Assembly: GCF_018350175.1 (NCBI RefSeq)
Contig: NC_058379.1
Coordinates: forward strand, 68,324,001 to 68,388,000
Reading direction: 5' to 3'
From: Felis catus
Lineage: Eukaryota
Length of the DNA stretch: 64,000 nucleotides
Of the stretch, positions 34,330 through 45,718 are shown piece by piece. Below the pieces are notes generated by a model. That model was not told the DNA's origin. It ran no database searches and worked only from the letters and a program-made list of their open reading frames with translations. The position numbers and the translations under genes are program-made. Position 1 is the stretch's first letter; each line of letters starts with the position of its first letter.

Positions 34330-35060
34330 AGTCCCCGCGACTCCCTCCCGGCTCTCTGGCCTCACTGACAGAGGCCTCACAGCCTCTCCCCGGGTTCGAA
34401 CTTGTGGCCCGGAGCACAGCACGTCTGCTGAGGTTGGGGTGAGGGGGAGGACCTCGTGAGCTCCGCTGTCGGACGTGTTGAATTTGAATGGCTGGTAGGC
34501 GAGGCCAGTGGAGCCGGGCTTGACCGCACCGCACCGCACCGGGCGCACCGGGCGCAGGGGAGCAGCCCAAGGGAGGGGTGGGGGCGGGGAGCTACAGTTC
34601 GGGGAGTGAGGAAGCTCCGCTGCGGAGTGTGACCCCGGTAGACAATGAAAGACCTCTTCCTCCCATTGTCAGAGAATCCTTTGTCACGCCGGGCCCAGCC
34701 GCTGCAGCCCGGGGCGGGCGGGGATGCTGTGTCATGCGGAGGCCCAGCTGGCAGAATCCCTCGGCAGCTGAGAGCAGGCTTCAGCTGGGAGCCTTTGGAG
34801 TTGGGGGAGAAGCGTTTTCATATTTCACAGCCGTGGTGAGCGGAGCCCTGTCCCAGGCGCTCGGGCCGTGAGCCAAGGGCAGGGAGGGCCGGGCAGCCTA
34901 GCTGCTCCCAGATGTGGATGCATGAAGCCACGAAGAAGCTTTCGAGACCTGCGCAAATAGTAGAGTACGATTTCAATAGGCGAGCATCACAGAGACTTCT
35001 CTTCCGGCCGCAGCGCATTTTTAGAGGGCCGATGCGTTTTAGGCAGAGCTCAGTGCCTGC
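34330..35060. promoter_or_regulatory. Secondary intronic CpG-rich element (alternative promoter or enhancer)
   Basis: Local CpG density far above the flanks, (CCGCA)3(CCGGGCGCA)2 array, SOX motifs, donor GTG|GTGAGC at 34835/34836. Confidence 0.55.
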
Positions 35061-35761
35061 AGCTTTGAATCTTTAGGGCCTGAGATCGTGCCTGGCACTT
35101 GGTAGGTGTCCCACCGACATGGGTGCATCTGCAGGGATGCGGCCAGACTTCGGTGTCTGGGGTGGGAGGTCAGCCAGGGACGGTTCCCGCGAGCAAGTCC
35201 AAAGAGGGTATCCCAGCACTGCGTGAGAACGTGTTTAGCACCATAGTGGAGTGAACATCTTGAAAATCTTCCAGTTACCAAGCACCTAGAAACGCTGTAT
35301 GAAATATAACTAGCACCCTTTCAAAGAAGAGCTGAGCTCATAGAATGCAAGGGAAATCCCCAGGGAACTCCAAAGTGAGTGGGGACAGTCAGCTTGCACT
35401 TAGGCTAGGCCGGTCCTGGGGGGTGAGGGTGGTTGTGGGGGTGTGAGGGGCAGTTACTGGTCTCAGAACCAAGGGGGTTGAGCTCTGACAAGAGGAGACG
35501 AGACGGGAGTTGGGACAGAAGGCCCTCCCCAACAGAGGCCCTCTGCCCCTGCAGAGGTTTGCAGGCTTGGAGAAAAGGATGGACTAGATGTCAGCCAGTT
35601 GGCATGGAAGTGGGGGAGGGGGAGCTTGGCGGTCTTGGCCTGGATTTGGCGTGGGGAAAAATCGACCCTGGGAACTAGAATACCTCAGGCCTGTCAGGGC
35701 TTTGGATGTCCACGACAAATGTGGTCTAGAGTCCCCAAGAGGAGGGGTTAGCATATAAAGC

Positions 35762-35950
35762 NNNNNNNNNNNNNNNNNNNNNNNNNNNNNNNNNNNNNNN
35801 NNNNNNNNNNNNNNNNNNNNNNNNNNNNNNNNNNNNNNNNNNNNNNNNNNNNNNNNNNNNNNNNNNNNNNNNNNNNNNNNNNNNNNNNNNNNNNNNNNNN
35901 NNNNNNNNNNNNNNNNNNNNNNNNNNNNNNNNNNNNNNNNNNNNNNNNNN
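35762..35950. other. Assembly gap (189 N)
   Basis: Run of n. Confidence 1.
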
Positions 35951-38289
35951 GGGGCCCCCGTCCCATGGCTCTAAACTCCCAGGGGCACCAGGAAGGTTCT
36001 GGGACTCCTCACCCTTCACTGACTTGAGTCTCCTCCACTTTGGAGAGGTGCTGAAGGACCCAGGTGGCCGGAGTGAGTGAGTGAGAAGGAGGAGGAGAGA
36101 GGCCCCAATGGGAACCTTTCTGAGATGACTACATACTTTGGGACGTGGGTGCAGGGCTGTGAAGGGCTCTTCCTGCCCCACGGCCTTATCTCTTAGCAGA
36201 AGCCTGTAGACAAGCCCGTCCAGGAAGACCAGAATGTTCTCCCCTGCCATTTAGTCAGGACAAGTGCTTACAAAGGCTTCGGTCTGGGTTCCCCCTAAGC
36301 GTGCCCTCCACAGATTCTAACTGCTACTGGTCCCCCAGACCATGCACCGCATCGTCTCCCCCACGCCCAGGTTCCTGGTGTTCCTGTAAACTTGGAGACG
36401 CCTTCGAGTTACCCAGTCCATCTCCTAGCTGGTGTGGGAATCTGGGAACCCTGACTATCTCGGCACTTTTTCCGGTGCTTTCTTCGACCAGGAGCATACT
36501 GCTCTGTGAGGCAGCCCCTTCCCTCATTCGAAGGCTTTTGCTGCTGGAAAGGCCTTATATAAGTGTCAAGGAGCACCCTGCCCATTCCCCCCCCCCCCCC
36601 ATCACCCCTTTGGCTGTTATGAGAGATGTTTTCCAGGCCTCTCACCATCCCGTTGGCTTCCACTGGAAGGGCCTTAATTTGTCAAGCTCTGATTCTGTGA
36701 GAAAGCATCCAGCCAATTCGCCTTCTAACTTACTGAGCAGAGAGGGAGTTTTTGCAGATGGGTGTGATATTAGCTGAGCCGGCTGCATAGGCACAGTCTG
36801 TGATGTAGAAGTTCTGAGAAGCTTTGGCTCAGTGCTTATGGGAGAAGCACACACTGCGAGTTCCTTCCTCCAGCACCCAGGATCCATTTCAGCGTCTAAA
36901 TGACTCCGGAATCGGATGCAGGGAGCTGATGTTTATCAAGTGTCTATTATGTGCTGGGCACACAGTGCTAGCTAGGCGTTCTCTGTGCGCCTCGCTAAGT
37001 ACAAGTAACTTCTGTGAGGGAGAGACGAAGAGGCAGAGACGTGGACACGCCTAAGGGTCGTTGTGACAGTTGAGCCCCAAAGTTATTCCGAAAGAATGTG
37101 TGTGGTTCCATCCGGAGTGGGTGGGGCTGACATTCCCAATGCCATTCCCTTTTAGGGCCTGCCTCCAGGGTAGGCAATGTCATGATCTCACCACGAGCTG
37201 AGAAGCCACAGGCCTTTGCCATATTCGTGGGTCCTTAGCTGAGATGCTTAGGAGTTTGAACCGTGACACGAAGAAAGCGTCGGCTGGAGAAGCCACATCT
37301 TGGAGTGTCACCAAATAGGATGGTATTCACAATCGGAGTGTTTCTTGGAGCTGGAGCGTGTCTGCCTTGGGTCTGTCTGCCCGGCCCTGGGCGTCTCTGG
37401 TAGAACAAGGCCTTCTGCCCCTTCGCCTGTGCGGGATGGTTGGGGTCTCTGGGTTCCGTGTCGAGTTATGAGGAGCCCGAGTTGCCTGAGCAGCAAGGTT
37501 GTGCCGGCCGGCCGGGCGTCCACGTAAGCACTGCCGGTTTCACACAGCACCCTCCGTGGACAGGGCCCAGTGGTGAGGGTGAGGGACTCTGGGAAAGCAC
37601 CCAGTTTCTCCTCTTCCTCCTCCAGAAGTTGTTCCTTATGCTCACATTCTCCCGGTTTGCCTCGAACCTCTCAGCTTAAGACTCTTACCTCCGTTAACAT
37701 TCGGTTTGGTTTAGCAGATGTGCATCAGGCACCTGCCGTGGGACAGACGATTTCGGGGAATGTGGCAGGGTCTCCGCTTCTGTCTTCGTCCTGGTGGAGA
37801 AGACGGAATGGCCTCGTGTTCGTGTAATGTGGGGAGTACTGGGTAAGGAGAAAGAAAAGTGGGCTGAAGCAGCCCGCACAGGGAGACGATAATCTTTGGT
37901 CCACATGCAGACACTTTTGAGAGTGAAAGGCGTGCTAATAATAATCCTGTTGGGATGTAGACACAAACGAGGCCATCCCTGTGCCAGTGGGGGCTTATGG
38001 CCACACGGACCGGGGAAGTATGCGTGGGTCACACCTGGCTCTGTGATGGGTCATTTATACTGTAGGATGATGGAGGTCTAGGATGATGGAGGGCAGTGCC
38101 TGCAGAGAAACTGGCAGCTGTTGTCCCAGTTTGCTTAGGGGCTAGAGAGGAAAGCATCTTCTGTGGGGACTGGGGACTCGACATGCTGCTGGGCCTCCGT
38201 TAACAGCTGCAAGGTTCTGTGATCCATTTCACCGCGATCTCGGTTTTGGGGTTGGAGGTGCAAGTTTGGACAGATGAAAACCACCTGGA

Positions 38290-39008
38290 TTGTAGGATGT
38301 TTTTGGCTACAGGCAAAAGAACACCGGACTGACAGGGCTTCAAAAACAAGGTGTTTAGGGGCGCCTGGGTGGCTCAGTTGTCCGACTCTTGATTTTGGCT
38401 CAGGCCATGATCTCACGGTTCGTGAGGTTGAGCCACGCTGTCAGCACAGAGCCTACTTGGGATTCTCTCCTTCTCCCTCTGCCCCTCCTCCTGCTCTCTC
38501 TCAAAAATAAATAAATGTGTAAAAAAAAAAAAAAGCACCACTTAAAAAATCAAGTGTATATAGACTGACAGCCGGAAGTCTGAAGGTAGGGGTTCTAGAG
38601 TTGGTTAATTCAGTGGGTCAGTAATCATTTCAAGGACTCCTTCTAACCTTACAGGCCACCACTGTCAGCATTTTGGCCTTTGTCCTCAGGCTTGTCCCCT
38701 CATGGTCACAGCACGGCTGCCCCTGCTCCATACGTCACGTTCTCATGTAACTATCTGAGGGCGGGCAGGAAAGTGAGTTTCTCCTTGTGTTTGAATTTAT
38801 CAAGCATGGCAACCTTCCTCAGAACCCCCGTGCTAGAATTTCTAGCAAGTCCCATTGAAGGGAAATGTGTTAATGCTCCTGCCTCAGCTCTGCGGAGGCT
38901 GAGAGCAAGTCTTGGTGCCTTCTGCCTCATCTACAGGAGGAGGTGAGGGTGCTTGCAAGGGGAGGAGAATGATGGTCGGGTGAGCACTGATTAATGTTTG
39001 CCCTAACA
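38290..39008 (-). mobile_element. MLT1K/J-like MaLR LTR interrupted by a SINE
   Basis: TTTTGGCTACAGGCAAAAG start; CTCAGGCTTGTCCCCTCATGGTCACAG...GCTGCCCCTGCTCCA body. Confidence 0.7.
38358..38534 (+). mobile_element. Can-SINE (internally deleted)
   Basis: GGGGCGCCTGGGTGGCTCAG head; AAAATAAATAAAT plus A-tail. Confidence 0.9.
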
Positions 39009-40054
39009 AATTAAAAATATGATTTTATTTCCTTATTTGGGGGGTTGTCAGCCCTTATTGAGAAATAATATTTTATACCTCAATATGATTGGAGTCATAA
39101 AAAAATGCACCCCCTGGCTCTGGCAACTGATCTGCTTCCTTTCACTATCGTTTTGCCTTTCCTAGTAATTATTATCTCTTAACCCATGGGGACTCTTGGG
39201 GCTTAGGACCCCAGATGTCCCGCGATGCCTTCTGCGTGGCCTCAGTAGGTGCGTTCTGTGCCCCCTCCCCCCGAATAGCCCCTCTCCTTTCCCACCACTA
39301 GGGCCAGGCAGAGAACCCTGGCGGACAGAATTGTCCAGAGGCGGGGAACCTCTGTTGCTGGTGGCCCAGACAGCAGGGCTAGAGATGCCTGAGGAGCTGT
39401 TAGGCTCCGGCTGGTCGATGGTAGACAGCGGTCACCTTTGAGAGTAGCTGTGAGGCTGAGAGAGGAAATTGCTCCTTAGTGTGGCATGGATACCTTTGGT
39501 CCTGCAGAGTCAGTTCTCTTGCCTGTGCTGGTTCGGAACTCCGACCCTAGTGGAGGACGCTGTCTTCCTCTCCCCAGACCGCTGTCCCCTTCATACAGAT
39601 GAACAGCCTGGGCTGTGGCTGCCTGCCCTGTCCCCTGGGGCAAACCATCCCTGCAGAGCTCTTTCACACTCCACTCATCTGGTCAGTTTTGTCCTCCCCT
39701 CCACCCCAGCGCTTGGTCTGTGAATCTTTCGGGCACTTAGCCCTGGCCATCACTCCCATCATCCCCTGGGGCCTCATCTGATCTGTTCTCTGAGATCATA
39801 AGCACCTCAATACTGTCCTAGTCTGAGTCATCTGCGGATAGCTCATACGGCCTGCCACAGGGTCCATGCTCCATGAGAAAACATTTTTTTCAAGCAAAGT
39901 ACATATTTGCAGAGTGAGGAGAGGCAGGTTGCTCATTTTGGCCATCTCTCCAGATTTAAGACCAGTGCATCGTGGCACGGCATGGTGCCCGGATGGGCAT
40001 TTATGGCTCTCTGCATAATCCTTCCTGAAGAGGAAGAAAGGTAATCCACCCTGC

Positions 40055-40370
40055 TGTTAGGGGTTGAGTTGTCACCCCCCAGTACCTTGAATGTGACTGT
40101 ATTTGGAGAAAAGACCCTTAAAGGGATAATTAAGGTAAAAGGAGGTCCTGTGGGCGAGCCCTAAACCAACACGACTGGTACCCTTAAAAGAAGAGGCGAT
40201 AAGGACACAGGGGAGACGGGACACCTGGGAGGCGAGGGCCCAGGGAGGAGGCGGCCATCTGCAAGCCAAGGAGAGAGGACTCAGAAGAAACCAGCCTGCT
40301 GATCTGAAGCTCAGACTTCTAGCCTCTCGAACTGTGAGAAAATAAGTGTTTCTCGTCCAGGCTACAACGC
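40055..40370 (+). mobile_element. MLT1A/B/C MaLR LTR
   Basis: AGTACCTTGAATGTGACTGTATTTGGAGA, GGCCATCTGCAAGCCAAGGAGAGAGG, GAACTGTGAGAAAATAA. Confidence 0.88.
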
Positions 40371-40589
40371 CAGGCGTGTGGCTCCAAAACCCGGACTTTT
40401 CTCTGTGAGCGGCTGTGTTTGGGCAGCAGGGGAGACTGTCTGTCAACCCAGGGATGGGACAGGTGGTATTTCTCCCGAAACCCTTCGGGCAATTTAACAA
40501 TAGCTTTAAAAACCTGACATTTGTGAGGTGCTCCAGTGATAATTGCTTAGGGAGCACTTTACTTGGGTTATCTTAATTAGCCTTCACAC

Positions 40590-40680
40590 CCTCTCTTTTA
40601 TCATTGAGAAAATGAGGGCACAGAGAGGTTAAGTAATTTACCCTCAGTCACACAGCTAATAGGTGGTTTAGTCAATTTTG
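40590..40680 (-). mobile_element. MIR fragment
   Basis: GAGGGCACAGAGAGGTTAAGTAATTTACCC...GTCACACAGCTA. Confidence 0.75.
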
Positions 40681-41099
40681 CTCTCATGGTGCCTCTGAAG
40701 TATCACACGCGGAGATTGACAGGCTCGGCTGAGGTTTCCTGGCAGTGATCTGACAAGGTCACTGGTCTCAGGTCTGCCGCTAGTGACCTGGGTGACCTTG
40801 GGCACATCACCTCTGGATGTTTTCTCTCAGTAACCTCAGGGATTGGATGAGAAAGTATCTAACACCCCTGATCGTCTCACTCTGAGGTTCTCAGTGCCAG
40901 GCCCAGTGCCAGAGGTAGGGATTATATGCTCAGCATGGCCTGGCACAGGAAAGGAAAAATCCCTCTGATGTCATCCTTGGCATCTGCCCACACCTAAGGT
41001 GGCAGCCCTGGGTCGGCCCGACTTGGCCATTTGGACCTCTGGCGTGGCAGTTTGCTCCTTCCCTACAAAATTAATTTTTTCTTTAAAAAAAAATTTTTT

Positions 41100-41312
41100 G
41101 GGGCGCCTGGGTGGCGCAGTCGGTTAAGCGTCCGACTTCAGCCAGGTCACGATCTCGTGGTCCGTGAGTTCGAGCCCCGCGTCGGGCTCTGGGCTGATGG
41201 CTCAGAGCCTGGAGCCTGTTTCCGATTCTGTGTCTCCCTCTCTCTCTGCCCCTCCCCCGTTCATGCTCTGTCTGTCTCTGTCCCAAAAATAAATAAACGT
41301 TGAAAAAAAAAA
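41100..41312 (+). mobile_element. Young felid Can-SINE (SINEC_Fc type)
   Basis: Near-consensus; perfect TSD TTAAAAAAAAATTTTTT at 41083-41099 and 41313-41329. Confidence 0.97.
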
Positions 41313-41329
41313 TTAAAAAAAAATTTTTT

Positions 41330-41522
41330 TTTAATGTTTATATTGAGAGACAGAGCACGAGCAGGGGAGGAGCAGAGAGAGAGGGAGACACAGAATCCGA
41401 AGCAGGCTCCAGGCTCTGAGCCGTCAGCACAGAGCCCGACGTGGGGTTCGAACCCACAGACTGCGAGATCATGACCTGAGCTGAAGTCGGACACTCAACT
41501 GACTGAGCCACCCAGGCGCCCC
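41330..41522 (-). mobile_element. Older Can-SINE hosting the + strand SINE in its tail
   Basis: Antisense body ending CAGGCGCCCC; outer TSD AATTAATTTTT at 41069-41079 and 41526-41536. Confidence 0.93.
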
Positions 41523-42271
41523 CAGAATTAATTTTTGCAATAAGGTGGAAATTATCTCCTCCCCGTGCCAGGGCCCATTCTCGATCTTTTAAGGAGGTGG
41601 GCTTTGAGTTAGATCCCTTGAACCGTTTGGGGTACGTGTTGCTGGGGAGTGATTTAATGTGTTTCCTTCCTCTGGGTGAAACAAACGTGGCCTACTGCGG
41701 CCTTATTCATGCCGGAGAGAAACCAGCCACGGCGGCAGAAGCTGGGGAGCCCAGGTTGAGCCAAAGACTGCTGCATCCTTAGCCTGCTCTTGGTTCCACA
41801 TCCCGTTTGACCCAGGTAGATGGCAGGTGAGGATAAAGGCGAGGACAGCGGGATGGCATCGTTCCGGGGTTCTGCAGGCTGAAGATGGGGCATAAGACCA
41901 GGAAGGAGGTTGGCTGGGCTGCCTGTGGGCACTCAGGGACCTGGTTTTAACCTCTGATAGCCCAGCTCCTGGTTTGTCCTCACAGGGCTTTAGTGATTTT
42001 AGTGACCTCATTGGAGGCAAGTTTACTTAACGTATCTGTAATGGATTTCAGAACCAGAAAAGTACTAAGTGTCAAGTGTCCAGTTCCCCCACGGCCTGCT
42101 TAGGACCTCCATAGTTCCAGAATCCCAAGCTCTGACTCTAGGATTCAGGGCCGAGAAGAGGCCCTCAGGTCCCAGTGGGTGAATGGACACAGAGCGGGCC
42201 TGATTGCTGTGGACGCGACTGTCCATTATCACGTGGTCTGTGCTGTTGTCGGCTGCATCAAGGGTTATTAT

Positions 42272-42456
42272 TCTCTTTATTTGTTATTCATTTATTTTTT
42301 TGAGAAAGAGAGAGAGAGAAAGGGAGAGAGAGAGAATCCCAAGCAGGCTCCACCCGGTTGGCTCAGAGCCTGATGCGAGGCTCTGACCCATGAACCGCAA
42401 GATGTTGACCTGAGCTGAAACCAAGAGTCAGATGCTCAATAGACTGAGCCACCCAG
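42272..42456 (-). mobile_element. Can-SINE
   Basis: GAGAGAATCCCAAGCAGGCT body; flanked by GTTATTAT. Confidence 0.88.
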
Positions 42457-43199
42457 TTATTATCCTTGGTGTTCTTGGGAACTGGCTGGGGAATTGGCAG
42501 GGCTAATGTGCTTTTTCCAATGGAGACATTGAGGCAAGAGAGACCAAAGTGACTTGGCCAAGGTCACATAGCACACTGTCCAGTGAGAAAACAAATTAAG
42601 GGCTGGTTCTCCGTTCAGTAACCACCGCCTCCCCCCGCCCCCCGCCGACTTCAATACCTTAAAGTAAGGCATTCAAACTACTGATGGAGTATAGGCTGAT
42701 TTTCAGTTGAATATCTATGACTTACAAAAAAAAATTAAAACTTGTACAAAATTTTAAACATTTAAATGTGCACCAAAGGAAAAAAAAAGCTAGTACATGG
42801 AACTTGTGATTTTATTATTGCTTAACAGGACACTAAGTTTAATAAAAAGTCAGGACAGGGTCAATAATAATATTACAACCAACAGATGAGTACGACAGAC
42901 AACTCCAAGGTGGTGAATTGTGGGAAAGACTGCATAAGCAAGTTTGGGTTGGGTTTATGTCACCTGGCATTAGGACAGTTTTGAATAATACATGTCCCAT
43001 TTCAGCCCAAGGCTACCTCTTCTCATGTAACAAATGTGGGTTCCTAAATATTTATTCATATGAAACATTTAGATATATGATTGTGATTTGTATTCACAAA
43101 AGATGGTCATTAACTAAAGACAATCTTAGTAAATATTTTTTTAAAGCAAAGAGCCCTTTTATATAGTCTCCAGTTTCTTTCAAAAGCAAATTTAGACTT

Positions 43200-43416
43200 A
43201 AAAAAATTTTTTTTAATGTTTATTTATTTTTGAGACAGAGTGAGACAGAGCACGAGTGGGGGAGGGGCAGAGAGAGAGGCAGACACAGAATCTGAAACAG
43301 GCTCCAGGCTCTGAGCTGTCAGCACAGAGCCTGACGCAGGGCTCGAACTCACGGACCGTGAGATCATGACCTGAGCCGAAGTCGGACGCTTAACCGACTG
43401 AGCCACCCAGGTGCTT
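43200..43416 (-). mobile_element. Can-SINE with perfect 13 bp TSD
   Basis: CAAATTTAGACTT at 43187-43199 and 43420-43432. Confidence 0.96.
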
Positions 43417-43477
43417 CAACAAATTTAGACTTTTAAACCATGACTTCTGTTATCCAGCATTTGGATAACCAGAGACT

Positions 43478-43545
43478 GCTCTTTTTTTAAAGTTTATTTA
43501 TTTTGAGAGAGAGAGCATGGACGTGTGTGCTAGTGGGAGAGGGGC

Positions 43546-43598
<53 letters not shown>

Positions 43599-43720
43599 CC
43601 CAAGCAGGTTTCTTGACAGCACAGAGCCCGATGCAGGGCTTGATCCCACAAACTACAAGATCATGACCTGAGCCAAAACCAAGAGTCTGATGCTGAACCA
43701 ACAGAGCCACCCAGGTGCCC
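43478..43720 (-). mobile_element. Can-SINE with (GA)n expansion
   Basis: TSD GATAACCAGA(G/A)ACT at 43464-43477 and 43722-43735. Confidence 0.93.
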
Positions 43721-43946
43721 AGATAACCAGAAACTTCTTAATTGGCACCTGAATAACTTTAGCACAATGGCAGTTAATACATTTAATTGTTGGAAAGATC
43801 TTAGCACCTAATGTGCTATAATAAAGAGTGTTCTATTTGACATCCATTTCCCAACCAATAATAAATACTCTTGTCTAGAGGTAACTAAAGGGTACATTTT
43901 AGATCTAACTCGTTCCAATAAACCTGTCATAGTTTTGTTTTATTTC

Positions 43947-43994
<48 letters not shown>
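43947..43994. repeat. (ATCT)12 tetranucleotide STR
   Basis: 48 bp perfect array counted directly. Confidence 0.97.
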
Positions 43995-43995
<1 letters not shown>

Positions 43996-44069
43996 GAAGT
44001 GGAGATAACCACTTGTAACACGGGACTCAACATTTTTAGGCCAGAATAGTCTCTTCTGCCTTGTGAGCA

Positions 44070-44240
44070 ACGGTGACCATATTTTCTGAACCAAAAATCA
44101 GGATATGCATTTGAATATTTGAAATCAGGATTTCTCTCGATTGTCATCTTAGATCTGAATTGGGACTCTAGGGTCTCATTCTCAAATTTGTTGATGTGCT
44201 TATACAAATCAAAAAGATTTTTGTGATAAAATATATTGGC
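44070..44240. mobile_element. Possible hAT (Blackjack-type) DNA transposon relic
   Basis: GGTGACCATATTTTCTGAACCAAAAATCAGGAT resembles Blackjack-family termini as recalled. Confidence 0.3.
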
Positions 44241-44289
44241 CCTACCTCCTGAGATGTATTTTCTCTTTTTAGTTCCCTCCCAAATATCT

Positions 44290-45101
44290 TAGCTCCTATG
44301 TTCCCAATACGATGTGTGTATGGGGTTTCCCCACCACCAAACGATTCTCTGACGCCAGCTGGGTATTCTGCAGTTCAGCTCAATACTGACACTGTCTACG
44401 TGGAGATAAGGTCAGATCCCACAGGAGAAGGGCTCAGTCCTGCAAGATATACACACCCGCTTCCCTGCCCCAGAGATCCCACAGGTTAAGGGTTTAGTCA
44501 TTTAAGACACCTTCCCCCAACGCATACACCAAATTCAGACGCCTCTGACTGGCTACAGATCGGAGGTTCCAGTGACCCCACTCCTTAGGTTTGATTAATA
44601 TGTTACAGCGGCTCACAGCACTAAAAGGATGTAACTCAGGAACAGCCAAACGGAAGAGACGCGTGGGACAAGGCATGTAGAAAGAGCAAAGAGCTCCCAT
44701 GCCCCCTAGGAGCACGCTACTCTCCCCAAATCTTCATGTGCCCACCAACTGGGCCCCATCCTGTAGGTTTTTAGGGACGCTTCATCACATAGGCACCGTT
44801 GGTCAAATCATTGGCTATTGGCCACTGATCAGCCTCCAGCCCTTGTTCCCTTCCCGGAGGTCAGGGGGTAGGACTGAAAGGTCCCACTTTCTAATCACGT
44901 GGTTATTTCCCTGGCAACCTGCCCCATCCTTAGGTGCTTTCCAAGAGTTCCCTCATTAACATAAGCCCTCTTTGGGCAGAAAGGGGCTTATGAATAACAA
45001 GACGCCTTTTTCTCTCGTAAATTCCAAGAGATGTAGGAACTCTGGGCTAGGAACGGTAGGTGACCGAATCTGTATTTCTTATCATAAATCACAATATCAT
45101 A
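44290..45101 (-). mobile_element. MER21-like ERV solo LTR
   Basis: Right end reverse-complements to TATGATATTGTGATTTATGATAAGAAAT, the MER21 start; body has GACACTGTCTACGTGGAGATA...TCAGATCCCACAG. Confidence 0.85.
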
Positions 45102-45244
45102 CTCCTTTATTAATATAACGGTGTTAAATCAGGGGCCCTTCCCATCCCATCCCCCAAATTCCTAACAAACAACAGAATAGTTGCCTGTGTTACCTGTGGA
45201 AGCAAGTAGCTTTGTGACCTGAGCAAATGGTGGATGTTTACTGC

Positions 45245-45718
45245 CTGTTCTAGTTTCTACTGCCGTGTAACAAAGCACCCTAAAATTGAGTGACGTAAAC
45301 GGTAACAGCCCTCCCTTCTGCTCAAGAGTCTGCAATTTGGGCAGTGCCCGACAGGTGCAGCTGGCCTCTGCCTCCACCCGGTGTCAGCTGGGACGGCTCA
45401 ACCTGGACCCTGGCGCAGAGCCACTTCCAAGATGGCTCCTTCCTGTGGCTGGCGAGTTAGGCCGGCTGTTCTCCATCCGTGGGGCTGCTCGGGCTTCCTC
45501 AGAGCGCGGTGGCTGGGTTCCAAAGTGAATGTCCCAAAGAAACAGGAAGGAGCAGCTGCCAGTTTCTTACAGGCCGGACCGGACGCTGGCTCAGTTGTGA
45601 AGTTGTCGCCATCGGTCAAGCAGTCACCGAGTCTGCGTTCGGGGGTAAGGGACAAAGATCCCACTTCTTGAAGCGAGCAGTGTCAGACGTTCTGGGGGCC
45701 AGGTTGAACCACCAGCAC
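45245..45718 (-). mobile_element. MLT1F-like MaLR LTR
   Basis: TTCTACTGCCGTGTAACAAAGCACCCTAAAA terminus; CTTCCAAGATGGCTCC; GGGCTTCCTCAGAGCGCGGTGGCTGGGTTCCAA. Confidence 0.8.

Noticed and set aside
34464-34482. REST/NRSE-like site (minus strand TTCAACACGTCCGACAGCG, 15/19 to consensus)
   Set aside because: Three of the four mismatches hit strongly conserved NRSE positions.
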